Assembly: GCA_964596615.1 (NCBI GenBank)
Contig: CAZQUN010000004.1
Location: 432-64,431, forward strand
Length of the DNA: 64,000 nucleotides
Reading direction: 5' to 3'
DNA from: an uncultured Candidatus Saccharibacteria bacterium
Lineage (GTDB): Bacteria > Patescibacteriota > Minisyncoccia > Portnoybacterales > UBA2143
In this document: piece after piece, positions 1-8,245 of the stretch
Position numbering within the stretch: position 1 is the stretch's first letter
Layout: each line of letters begins with the position of its first letter
Program-made: the position numbers and the translations under genes
Notes under the pieces: model-generated
What the model was told of the DNA's origin: nothing
Databases searched by the model: none
What the model saw: the letters and a program-made list of their open reading frames with translations, nothing else

Positions 1-1
1 G

Positions 2-130
2 TTAAAGATTAAAGGGCGATTGGTTACACCGGTCGAATCAAGTATCTGGCTCTTAATTAAAAAAGGCGAGAATGAGTTTGAAGAAAAGGAATATCCGGGA
101 TTCGCTTTTGTCCCGCTAATTAAAGATTAA
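2..130 (+). CDS. pcm: C-terminal end of protein-L-isoaspartate O-methyltransferase (truncated by window start)
   Basis: Manual translation LKIKGRLVTPV...YPGFAFVPLIKD* resembles the PIMT C-terminus; stop overlaps the mltG ATG. Confidence 0.65.
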   Translation, partial: LKIKGRLVTPVESSIWLLIKKGENEFEEKEYPGFAFVPLIKD

Positions 131-1119
131 TGATGAAAAAACTAATCATTGCTAACAAAAAGAAATTTATTCTTTTTTTTGTTTCCATTTTCCTATTCAC
201 CCTCCTTTTAGTCGGCGGGATTTTGTATGTTAATTTCCAGATTAATGTTCCTTTAGATAGTCAGGAAAACGAGAAGAATTTTCTTATTGAAAAAGGAGAA
301 GGATTAAAAGAGGTTGCTCTTCATTTAGAAGAGAAGGAAATAATCAGGGATGACCTTTGGTTTGTAATTTATGTCTTTTCCAAAGGCCGAGCCGGAAATT
401 TAATGGCCGGAGAATACTTATTAAGTCCTTCCTTGACTATTCCTGAAATAACTCAGGAGATTACTTACGGGAATGCTCTTTCAACCGAAGTTGAAGTTGT
501 TATTCCCGAAGGATTTACTTTAAGAAAAATTGATGCCCGTTTAGCAGCCAATGGTTTGATTGAAGAAGGGGAATTAATGTCTTTATCAAGAAAATTAGAA
601 GGATACTTATTCCCGGACACTTACCGATTTGAAAAAGATTCCAGTTTAGATGAAATTATTGGTAAAATGACTGATAATTTTAACAAGAAAGTTGATTCTG
701 AATTAAGGAATGGAATTGAAAAACAAGAAAAAACGCTAGACGAGATAATCATTATGGCCAGTTTAATTGAAAAGGAAGTTCCGATTTACGAAGACAGGCA
801 AATCGTTTCAGGAATATTTTGGAATCGGATTAGAGACAACTATCCGCTTCAATCCTGTGCGACAATTGCCTATATTCTGGATATTGATAAATGGAAATAT
901 TCAATTGAAGATACCAAGGTTGATTCGCCCTATAATACGTATAAGTATAAGGGACTACCGCCTAATCCAATTAACAATCCCGGACTTTCGGCAATTAAAG
1001 CCGCGATTTACCCAGAAACAACTGATTACTATTTCTTCCTTTCCGCTCCGGATGGAACAACTATTTTTTCTGAAACATTAGAAGAGCATAACGAAAACAA
1101 GGCCAAGTATTTGAATTAG
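130..1119 (+). CDS. mltG: Endolytic transglycosylase MltG (YceG family)
   Basis: N-terminal TM; IPEG, LEGYLFPDTY, ASLIEKE, SPYNTY..GLPP.PI.NPG motifs. Confidence 0.95.
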   Translation: MMKKLIIANKKKFILFFVSIFLFTLLLVGGILYVNFQINVPLDSQENEKNFLIEKGEGLKEVALHLEEKEIIRDDLWFVIYVFSKGRAGNLMAGEYLLSPSLTIPEITQEITYGNALSTEVEVVIPEGFTLRKIDARLAANGLIEEGELMSLSRKLEGYLFPDTYRFEKDSSLDEIIGKMTDNFNKKVDSELRNGIEKQEKTLDEIIIMASLIEKEVPIYEDRQIVSGIFWNRIRDNYPLQSCATIAYILDIDKWKYSIEDTKVDSPYNTYKYKGLPPNPINNPGLSAIKAAIYPETTDYYFFLSAPDGTTIFSETLEEHNENKAKYLN

Positions 1120-1125
1120 ATTTTT

Positions 1126-1149
1126 AGGTTCGAGTCCTGCCCGGGGAGC
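1126..1149 (+). pseudogene. 3' fragment of a tRNA (T-arm plus acceptor strand, Asn-like)
   Basis: aggTTCGAGTcctgc-ccggggag-c; no 5' half present (mltG stop at 1119). Confidence 0.6.
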
Positions 1150-1163
1150 TACTGGCGGATAAT

Positions 1164-1194
1164 AAAAACCACCTCGTCATAGAGGTGGTTTTTT
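1164..1194. terminator. Intrinsic terminator (bidirectional)
   Basis: aaaaaccacctc-gtcata-gaggtggtttttt perfect stem with A/T tails. Confidence 0.8.
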
Positions 1195-1230
1195 GGTAGA
1201 ATGAAATAAATTTTTATTGGCGTATATATT

Positions 1231-1773
1231 ATGAACCTTGTTATCCCCTTAGTAATTCTTTTAGGCGTTCTATTATTATTCTTTGTCTTTATTTTAATTA
1301 CGTTCTTAAAAGATTTCTTGCCTTTATTTTTTTGGGGAGCAATATATGTTCCCACTAAGAAAGAAAGAATTAATAAGATAATTAGATTCGCTGAAATTAG
1401 ACCTGGAGAAAAAGCTGTCGATTTAGGTTCGGGTGATGGAAGATTAGTTATTGCTTTAGCTAAAGCTGGCGCAGAATCTTATGGATATGAAGTGAATCCT
1501 GTATTAGTCTATAAATCCAAAAAGAATATCCAAGATGCTGGACTAGAAGAAAAAGCTTTTATTAGCTTGGGAAGTTTCTGGCAAGCAGATTTATCTGAAT
1601 TTGACGTTGTTGTTGTTTATGGAATGAAGCATGTCATGAGCAGACTGGGGAAAAAGCTGAAGAAAGAGCTTAAAAAAGATGCTAGGGTTATTTCTAATAC
1701 TTTTGAGCTTCCTGGTTGGTCTCAAGTAAAAAAAGAAGATAATATTTATTTATATAGAAATAGATTTAATTAA
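1231..1773 (+). CDS. Membrane-anchored class I SAM-dependent methyltransferase
   Basis: N-terminal TM; YVPT and VDLGSGDGR motifs. Confidence 0.85.
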   Translation: MNLVIPLVILLGVLLLFFVFILITFLKDFLPLFFWGAIYVPTKKERINKIIRFAEIRPGEKAVDLGSGDGRLVIALAKAGAESYGYEVNPVLVYKSKKNIQDAGLEEKAFISLGSFWQADLSEFDVVVVYGMKHVMSRLGKKLKKELKKDARVISNTFELPGWSQVKKEDNIYLYRNRFN

Positions 1774-1861
1774 TAATCTTTTTTATTATATTCTCATCAA
1801 ATAGGTTCTAACATCATCTATCCAACGGAGCCATATATACCTCCTCGAACTTTTTATTTAT

Positions 1862-1892
1862 TTGACAGAATAACATCTGCGTGTTATTCTGT
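1862..1892 (+). promoter_or_regulatory. Sigma70 promoter with an 11-bp inverted repeat
   Basis: TTGACA(1862)-17 bp-TATTCT(1885); acagaataaca/tgttattctgt palindrome. Confidence 0.6.
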
Positions 1893-1945
1893 TTTTAGTT
1901 GTTTAACTGACGCAAGCAGACCCAATTTGGGAAAAGGAGGCAAAA

Positions 1946-2272
1946 ATGTGGTATGGAATCATAGGTTTTTTCCTTTTGGGTCTATTAGCCTGGTGGGGCT
2001 CTATGGTAATCCTAAAGGGAATTGACTTAGAAGAGAAAACGGAAGAAGAAAATCCTTCTGTAGGAGGATTCAGCGGCGACGAAAAAGAATTTAGGAAAAA
2101 GAGTTTTCTTCGAGTTCTGATAACCTTAAAGGATGTAGCGGAGAAAATCGAACCCACCCCGGAACAGCAGGAAAGCTATGGGAAAAAGTTAAAAAAAATC
2201 AGGAATTGTTTAATAATCGCCTGGTTGTATCTAAGGGCTTTTATCGAATTTCTTAAACAAAAGTATTTTTAA
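1946..2272 (+). CDS. Hypothetical membrane-anchored protein
   Basis: Strong SD (aaggagg), N-terminal TM, own promoter and terminator. Confidence 0.7.
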   Translation: MWYGIIGFFLLGLLAWWGSMVILKGIDLEEKTEEENPSVGGFSGDEKEFRKKSFLRVLITLKDVAEKIEPTPEQQESYGKKLKKIRNCLIIAWLYLRAFIEFLKQKYF

Positions 2273-2290
2273 GCCCCCATTGGGGGCTTT
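2271..2290 (+). terminator. Intrinsic terminator hairpin
   Basis: aagccccca-t-tgggggcttt inverted repeat. Confidence 0.65.
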
Positions 2291-2334
2291 ACCCTTATTG
2301 AATGGACGAGTTCAAAAAGCGTCAATAGAAAAAC

Positions 2335-2363
2335 TTGACAGATTTTACAGAATAAAATAAGAT
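2335..2363 (+). promoter_or_regulatory. rplJL promoter
   Basis: TTGACA-17 bp-TAAGAT. Confidence 0.65.
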
Positions 2364-2370
2364 TTATAGA

Positions 2371-2452
2371 GCTGTAGACAATAGGTGGCTTTAGCGGAAA
2401 TCCTATCGAGGCGAGTGCCTTTTTATTGTCTACATATTTGTAGGCATTTTTT
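2371..2452 (+). ncRNA. L10 leader-like cis-regulatory RNA with attenuator
   Basis: tgtAGACAatAGG...CCTatCGAGG resembles the L10 leader; directly upstream of rplJ; competing antiterminator and terminator stems. Confidence 0.75.
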
Positions 2453-2458
2453 AATAGC

Positions 2459-2977
2459 ATGATTACTAAAGAAAAGAAAAAAGAAATAATTCAAGATTTA
2501 ATTGATAAACTTTCCCGCCAGAAATCAGTTGTCTTTTTTGACTATACTGGCCTGAAAGTCAACCAAAGCCAGGAATTAAGAAGCAAATTAAGACAAGAAG
2601 AAATCGATTGCCAGATTAGCAAAAAGACCCTAATTGACTTGGCCTTGGAAAAAGCCGGATTAAAAGATATCAAAGTCAAAGAATTAGCTGGTCAGATTGG
2701 TTTAGTTTTTGGATACAAAGACGAAATCTTACCAGCCAAAATCCTATATGATTTTTCAAAAGAAAATAAGGACCTTAAAATTATTTCCGGTTTAATTGAT
2801 GGTCAGTTTTTAGGAAACGAAGCTGTTCTTGAATTAGCCAAATTACCTTCCAAACAAGAATTGCTTTCAAAACTGATTGGCAGCATTTCATCTCCAGTGC
2901 TCGGATTACATAATACCTTACAAGGCAACCTGTCTAAATTAATTAATATATTTAAAAACCTAAAGTCAGAGGAATAA
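2459..2977 (+). CDS. rplJ: 50S ribosomal protein L10
   Basis: DYTGLKV...KKTL...LAKLPSKQELLSKL motifs; precedes rplL. Confidence 0.95.
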   Translation: MITKEKKKEIIQDLIDKLSRQKSVVFFDYTGLKVNQSQELRSKLRQEEIDCQISKKTLIDLALEKAGLKDIKVKELAGQIGLVFGYKDEILPAKILYDFSKENKDLKIISGLIDGQFLGNEAVLELAKLPSKQELLSKLIGSISSPVLGLHNTLQGNLSKLINIFKNLKSEE

Positions 2978-3046
2978 GGCTTGAAATATTAATTCAAAAG
3001 TGTAGAATAAATATATTCAATTCATATACTCTAACTTTCTAAAATT

Positions 3047-3523
3047 ATGGCAGAAGAAAATAAGAAGGAAGAAGCCCCTAAAGAGGAGGCTCCTAAAAAA
3101 GAAGAGGCGCCAGCAGCACCTGAAAAAGAAGAAAAAAAAGAAGCTGAAGTGCCAAAGAAGTTCAAGGACTTAGTTAAACAGATTGAAGAACTAAGTGTTT
3201 TGGAATTAGCCGAATTAGTCAAAGTCCTGGAAGATAAGTTTGGTGTCAGCGCTCTGCCAATGGCGGCTGCTCCAGCTGCCGGGGTTGCTCCGGCTGAAAG
3301 CGGAGAAGAAAAAAGCATCTTTGATATCGAACTAAAAAGCGCCGGTGACCAAAAAATCAGTGTTATCAAAGTAGTTAAAGAAATTACCGATCAAGGATTA
3401 AAAGAAGCTAAAGAAATTGTTGATAGCGCTCCGAAGGTTATTAAACAGGGCGTTAAAAAAGAAGAAGCCGAAGAGATTAAAAAGAAACTAGAAGAAGCCG
3501 GCGCAACAGTAGAATTAAAATAG
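3047..3523 (+). CDS. rplL: 50S ribosomal protein L7/L12
   Basis: [20 protein letters not shown]; GLKEAK; [13 protein letters not shown]. Confidence 0.97.
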   Translation: MAEENKKEEAPKEEAPKKEEAPAAPEKEEKKEAEVPKKFKDLVKQIEELSVLELAELVKVLEDKFGVSALPMAAAPAAGVAPAESGEEKSIFDIELKSAGDQKISVIKVVKEITDQGLKEAKEIVDSAPKVIKQGVKKEEAEEIKKKLEEAGATVELK

Positions 3524-3552
3524 ATTGGAGGGGTCGTTAATCTTTCTAAGTT

Positions 3553-4128
3553 ATGGCTAAAGAAATTTTAGAACAACTTTTCGACTCGCCAGTTAAAGTT
3601 AAATTACTTAAATTGTTTTTAAGGAATACAAGGGAATCCTTTGAATTGAAAGACATTATCAGGCGAACAAGAAGCAATCCTTCTATCTGTCGCAATCAGA
3701 TAAAGAAATTAGAAGGCATTAAACTGATAAAAGGCAAATTAAAAGGGAGAACCAAGACCTATACTATTAATTCTGACTTTGATTTTTACAACGAACTTAA
3801 AACCCTGATTCTTAAATCCAGCCCGGCTTCGAAGAATAAGCTGACTGGCCGGATAAGATCAATTGGAAGAATTAAATTAGGAATTATTTCCGGCATCTTT
3901 GTTGACAGCGATAGTTCAAGGGCAGATCTTTTAATAGTCGGAGATGCGATTAAAAGAAAGAAATTGTCAGATTTTCTAAAAGAATTAGAAGCTGAAGTTG
4001 GCAAAGAAATTGATTATGTTGTTTTATCAACAGCTGAGTTTAAATATCGCTATGATATGTTTGACCGGTTTATCCGTGACTTTTTGGAAAAACCGCATGA
4101 AAAATTAATAAACAGATTAAAAATTTAG
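3553..4128 (+). CDS. HTH plus nucleotidyltransferase-like domain protein (putative regulator)
   Basis: N-terminal wHTH-like region; C-terminal SG.F...DLLIVGD motif. Confidence 0.65.
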   Translation: MAKEILEQLFDSPVKVKLLKLFLRNTRESFELKDIIRRTRSNPSICRNQIKKLEGIKLIKGKLKGRTKTYTINSDFDFYNELKTLILKSSPASKNKLTGRIRSIGRIKLGIISGIFVDSDSSRADLLIVGDAIKRKKLSDFLKELEAEVGKEIDYVVLSTAEFKYRYDMFDRFIRDFLEKPHEKLINRLKI

Positions 4129-4132
4129 GAGG

Positions 4133-4204
4133 GGGCGTGTAGCTCAGGGGTAGAGCGTCCCGTTCACATCGGGGAAGTCTCTGGTTCAAATCCAGATACG
4201 CCCA
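4133..4204 (+). tRNA. tRNA-Val(CAC)
   Basis: Acceptor gggcgtg/tacgccc; anticodon arm tcccg-ttCACat-cgggg; T-loop TTCAAAT. Confidence 0.93.
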
Positions 4205-4215
4205 CTTAATAGGTT

Positions 4216-4650
4216 ATGATTATTACTCCGCATATGTTAGTTGGAACAGCGATTGGTATCCATTCGAATAATATTGGAATGGCTTTTTTGTTTGGTCTAA
4301 TCAGTCATTATTTAATTGATCTTCTGCCTCATTGGGAATATTTGGATGAAATTAAGATAAATAGGAGAAAAGATCTTATAAAAATACTTCTGGATTTTAT
4401 ACTCGGTCTTCTAGTTGTTTTGTTTTTAATCTGGAATCAGCCGGAAAAAATGATAATAGTTGGATTTGCTATTTTTGGTTCGCTCTTGCCCGATTTCCTT
4501 ATTTTCGGATACAAAACCTTTGGAACGAAGGTTTTGAAAATTCATTATAATTTTCATTATAAGATTCATTATTTCAAATATCTTTCTTTTTGGGCTGGTT
4601 TACCAGCGACTTTAATCGTTATAATAGTGTCTCTTTTTCTGATAATTTAA
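4216..4650 (+). CDS. Hypothetical membrane protein (metal-dependent hydrolase-like)
   Basis: Several TMs; TPH, SHYLIDLLPH and LPD motifs. Confidence 0.7.
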   Translation: MIITPHMLVGTAIGIHSNNIGMAFLFGLISHYLIDLLPHWEYLDEIKINRRKDLIKILLDFILGLLVVLFLIWNQPEKMIIVGFAIFGSLLPDFLIFGYKTFGTKVLKIHYNFHYKIHYFKYLSFWAGLPATLIVIIVSLFLII

Positions 4651-4652
4651 GC

Positions 4653-4878
4653 TGTGGAAAACTGAAAAATACACTATTTAAGAGTGTCTGGGGATAAAAT
4701 GTGGACAGAAAATAAGGAATTTTAGATAAATTGGCTTTAATAAGCCATTTTTTTATTTACCCCCTTAAAAATACGGGTAATATTAAGTGTTTGACAGGCC
4801 TAATAAAGTAACATAAAATGGATATGAAGTGAATGATTGTGGATAAATATGGGGATAAACTTATAAAATTGTGGATAA
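4653..4878. promoter_or_regulatory. mraZ promoter region with DnaA-box-like and MraZ-box-like repeats
   Basis: TTGACA(4791)-17-TAAAAT(4814); TGTGGATAA at 4838 and 4870; variants at 4653, 4689, 4700, 4850. Confidence 0.7.
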
Positions 4879-4884
4879 CTTAAT

Positions 4885-5316
4885 ATGTTCATCGGAGAAT
4901 ATTATCACACTATTGATACCAAGAAACGATTAGCGGTTCCAGTTAAATTCCGTAAGGATTTGAATAAAAAAGCTGTTTTAACCAGAGGATTAGATGATTG
5001 CTTATACCTTTATCCCTTAAAAGAATGGAAGAACCTGGCTGAAAAATTATCCCGTCTACCAATTTCCCGTTCTGATAGTCGAGCCTTTGTCCGGTTGATG
5101 TTGGCCGGGGCAATGGATGTTTCTTTAGACAGATTAGGCAGGATTTTAATTCCAGAATACTTAAAACAATACGCCGGCTTGAATAAGAAAATTACAATTG
5201 CCGGCCTATACAACAGAATAGAAATTTGGGATGAAAAGAAATGGAATTCCTACAAAGAACAAACAACCAAACAGGTTGAAAGCATTGCTGAAAAAATGAA
5301 TGAATTGGGGATTTAA
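4885..5316 (+). CDS. mraZ: Division/cell wall cluster repressor MraZ
   Basis: MFIGEY.HTID.K.R; D..GRILIP; RIEIWD. Confidence 0.97.
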   Translation: MFIGEYYHTIDTKKRLAVPVKFRKDLNKKAVLTRGLDDCLYLYPLKEWKNLAEKLSRLPISRSDSRAFVRLMLAGAMDVSLDRLGRILIPEYLKQYAGLNKKITIAGLYNRIEIWDEKKWNSYKEQTTKQVESIAEKMNELGI

Positions 5317-5317
5317 T

Positions 5318-6193
5318 ATGAATCATCAACCAGTTCTCTTAAATGAAGTTTTAAAATATCTTGATCCTCAATCAAGCCAGAACTTTATTGACTGCACTTT
5401 TGGTTGGGGAGGTCATTCCCTGGAAATATTAAAAAGAAATAAACCCAACGGCAGGGTCTTGGGAATAGAACGAGATAGAAAAGTTTTAGAGATTTTAGAA
5501 AAAGAAAGAAATGAAAAAAGATTAATTTTGGTTAATAATAATTTTTCTGACTTGGAAAAGATTGTTCAAGAAAATGAGTTTTCATCGATTGATGGAATTC
5601 TCTTTGACCTGGGATTATCTTCCTGGCAAATTGAGAAAAGCGGAAGGGGATTTAGTTTTATGAGAGACGAACCTCTGCTCATGAACACGGGCGAGTCAGA
5701 GATAACCGCTCAGGAAATTATTAATCAATGGCCGGAAGATAGAATAGCAGGAATCTTAAAAGAGTACGGGGAAGAAAGATACGCCAGAAAAATTGCCAGG
5801 GGAATATATCAAAACAGGCAAAAGAAGAAAATTAAGACAACCAGTCAATTAGTTGAAATTATTAAAAGGGCAGTTCCAATTAATTATCAAAGAAGAAGAA
5901 TCCATTTTGCAACTAAAACATTTCAGGCATTAAGAATTACGGTTAATGACGAACTAACCAATTTAGAAAAATCTCTTCCCCAAGCATTAAAAATTTTAAA
6001 TAAAAAAGGTCGAATACTGATTATTTCTTTTCACTCTTTAGAAGACAGAATTGCTAAAAACTTTTTTCGCCAGAAAGCCAGAGAAGAAGAATTAGAAATT
6101 TTAATAAAAAAACCCGTTCAGCCAAGCCAGGAAGAAATTGAATTAAATCCTCGCAGCCGAAGTGCTAAATTAAGAGCGGCTGTAAAGAATTAA
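5318..6193 (+). CDS. rsmH: 16S rRNA m4C1402 methyltransferase
   Basis: H.PVLL.EV, DCTFG.GGHS, DLGLSS.Q, FHSLEDR, NPRSRSAKLR; start adjusted to ATG 5318. Confidence 0.97.
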   Translation: MNHQPVLLNEVLKYLDPQSSQNFIDCTFGWGGHSLEILKRNKPNGRVLGIERDRKVLEILEKERNEKRLILVNNNFSDLEKIVQENEFSSIDGILFDLGLSSWQIEKSGRGFSFMRDEPLLMNTGESEITAQEIINQWPEDRIAGILKEYGEERYARKIARGIYQNRQKKKIKTTSQLVEIIKRAVPINYQRRRIHFATKTFQALRITVNDELTNLEKSLPQALKILNKKGRILIISFHSLEDRIAKNFFRQKAREEELEILIKKPVQPSQEEIELNPRSRSAKLRAAVKN

Positions 6194-6194
6194 A

Positions 6195-6524
6195 ATGTTC
6201 TCACACTACGCCAAATCAAAAAAATTCAGGAGGGGCCACAATCGCGGCTTGGCTCTTTTAAGCGTTTTAGTTTTTTTCTCAGTAATTTGTCTGGGATTTT
6301 TTTATCTAATCCAGACCAATAGCTTGGTTGGCCAGAGCTACAAGATCAGAGAACAGAAAAAGCACCTCGGAGAACTTGAAAACCAAAAGCATAACTTGGA
6401 GATTGAAATTGCTAGAATGCAATCACCGGCCAGTTTAGAAGAAATGATTCAATCATTGGATTTAATTGAAATCGGGGAAGTAATTTATCTTGAGAGTGAA
6501 AAGGCCATGGCGACAATAAGATGA
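6195..6524 (+). CDS. FtsL-like cell division protein
   Basis: TM plus coiled coil, located between rsmH and a PBP. Confidence 0.65.
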   Translation: MFSHYAKSKKFRRGHNRGLALLSVLVFFSVICLGFFYLIQTNSLVGQSYKIREQKKHLGELENQKHNLEIEIARMQSPASLEEMIQSLDLIEIGEVIYLESEKAMATIR

Positions 6525-8245
6525 AGAAGGATTGGCGGATTTACGTTCTAGTCATTATCATTTTCCTGATTGGGAGCGGGGTATTAACCCGCTTGTTTTC
6601 TCTCCAGATTCTTCGTTATGACTATTACAGCGCTTGGGCCAAAGACCAACATGAACTTTATCAGGAATTAGTTCCTCAAAGGGGGGAAATCTTTATGCAG
6701 GATTTCTCAGCCAAGAAAAGGAATAATCAGAATCAATATTATCCTTTGGCAATCAACAAGGAATTCCAGCAGGTCTATGCTATTCCTCAGGATATTGACC
6801 AGGACAAAATTGAAGAAACAGCTGAAAAACTTTCTTCTCTTCTTGATTTGGATAAAGAAATAATTTTGAGCCGGATTAGTAAACCAGATGATCCTTACGA
6901 GCCTTTAAGGCACAAGGTTGAGCAGGAAATTGCTGACCAGGTAAAAGAACTTGATATTTCCGGGATAAAATTAGGGCCGGAAATCTGGCGGTATTATCCC
7001 AACGATGAATCAACTTGTCATTTAATCGGTTTTGTTGGCATGAGCGAAAAAGGGAACATTGGCCAGTACGGATTGGAAAGATATTATCAGGATGAATTAG
7101 GAGGCAAGGCTGGTTTTGTTGCCGGGCAAAAAGACACCGCTGGCTATTGGATCCCTTCCTTAAGAGAGGATTTGGAACCAGCCGAAGACGGAGCAGACCT
7201 TATTCTGACCATTGACCAGAATATCCAGTTCAGAGCAGAAAGAGAATTAGAAAAAGTCATTGAAAAATGGCAGGCAGAAGCCGGAACAATTATTGTCCTC
7301 GAACCGGAAACAGGAGCAATCAGGGCAATGGCCAATTGGCCGACTTTTAACCCAAACCAATACATGAAGGTTAAAGAAATTGATTCTTTTCTTAATCCTT
7401 CAGTTCAGAAAGTTTACGAACCAGGATCCGTTTTCAAAGCCATTACCATGGCAGCCGGATTAGACAGCGGCAAGATTACTCCAGAGACAACATATTTCGA
7501 CGAAGGAAGAATAACAATCAAAGGAAGTTTTATCAGCAATGTTGACGGCCGAACCTATGATTATCAGACCATGACTCAAGTTCTTGAAAAATCAATTAAT
7601 ACCGGGGCAGTTTTTGTCCAACAGGAAATTGGCCAGGAAATTTTCGCTGACTATGTTCAGAGATTCGGTTTTGGTCAGACAACCAAGGCTGATTTAATCG
7701 GAGAGGTTAAAGGCAATATCTCTAATCTTTTTACCGGCAGAGAAATCAATTTAGCCACAATTTCATTTGGCCAGGGAATTACCGTTACGCCTTTATCAAT
7801 GCTTTCAGCTTTTTCAGCCATTGCTAATGATGGAAAACTAATGCGTCCCTTTGTTGTTGAAAAAACAATCTGGCCGGATGGTAGGGAAAAAACCACCCAA
7901 CCAGAAGTATTAAAAGAAACAATCTCTTCTGAATCAACCAGGGAATTAACCAAAATGCTTGTCAGCGCCGTTGAAAACGGCTATGGTAGACCTGCTCGGA
8001 TTAGCGGTTATGATATTGCCGGTAAGACCGGAACAGCCCAGATAGCTGATTTGGAAAAGGGTGGCTATTCCGAAGAAACCATTCATAGCTTTATTGGCTA
8101 CGCCCCTGCTTTTGACCCTAAATTTGCTATTTTAATAAAGGTTGATAAGCCGAAGGGAATTCGCTTTGCTTCTGATTCGGTCAGCCCGGTTTTTAGGGAA
8201 CTAGCCGAATACATTATTAACTATTTAGAAATACCTCCGCAATGA
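6521..8245 (+). CDS. ftsI: Class B penicillin-binding protein (FtsI/PBP3)
   Basis: YEPGSVFK (SxxK), SIN, KTGTAQ motifs; dcw position. Confidence 0.9.
   Translation: MKKDWRIYVLVIIIFLIGSGVLTRLFSLQILRYDYYSAWAKDQHELYQELVPQRGEIFMQDFSAKKRNNQNQYYPLAINKEFQQVYAIPQDIDQDKIEETAEKLSSLLDLDKEIILSRISKPDDPYEPLRHKVEQEIADQVKELDISGIKLGPEIWRYYPNDESTCHLIGFVGMSEKGNIGQYGLERYYQDELGGKAGFVAGQKDTAGYWIPSLREDLEPAEDGADLILTIDQNIQFRAERELEKVIEKWQAEAGTIIVLEPETGAIRAMANWPTFNPNQYMKVKEIDSFLNPSVQKVYEPGSVFKAITMAAGLDSGKITPETTYFDEGRITIKGSFISNVDGRTYDYQTMTQVLEKSINTGAVFVQQEIGQEIFADYVQRFGFGQTTKADLIGEVKGNISNLFTGREINLATISFGQGITVTPLSMLSAFSAIANDGKLMRPFVVEKTIWPDGREKTTQPEVLKETISSESTRELTKMLVSAVENGYGRPARISGYDIAGKTGTAQIADLEKGGYSEETIHSFIGYAPAFDPKFAILIKVDKPKGIRFASDSVSPVFRELAEYIINYLEIPPQ

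Noticed and set aside
1814-1846. Minus-strand AGGAGG plus ATG
   Set aside because: It reads only MAPLDR before a stop; at most a decayed gene remnant.
4653-4878. oriC
   Set aside because: No dnaA or dnaN nearby and no gene-orientation switch here; a regulatory role is more likely.
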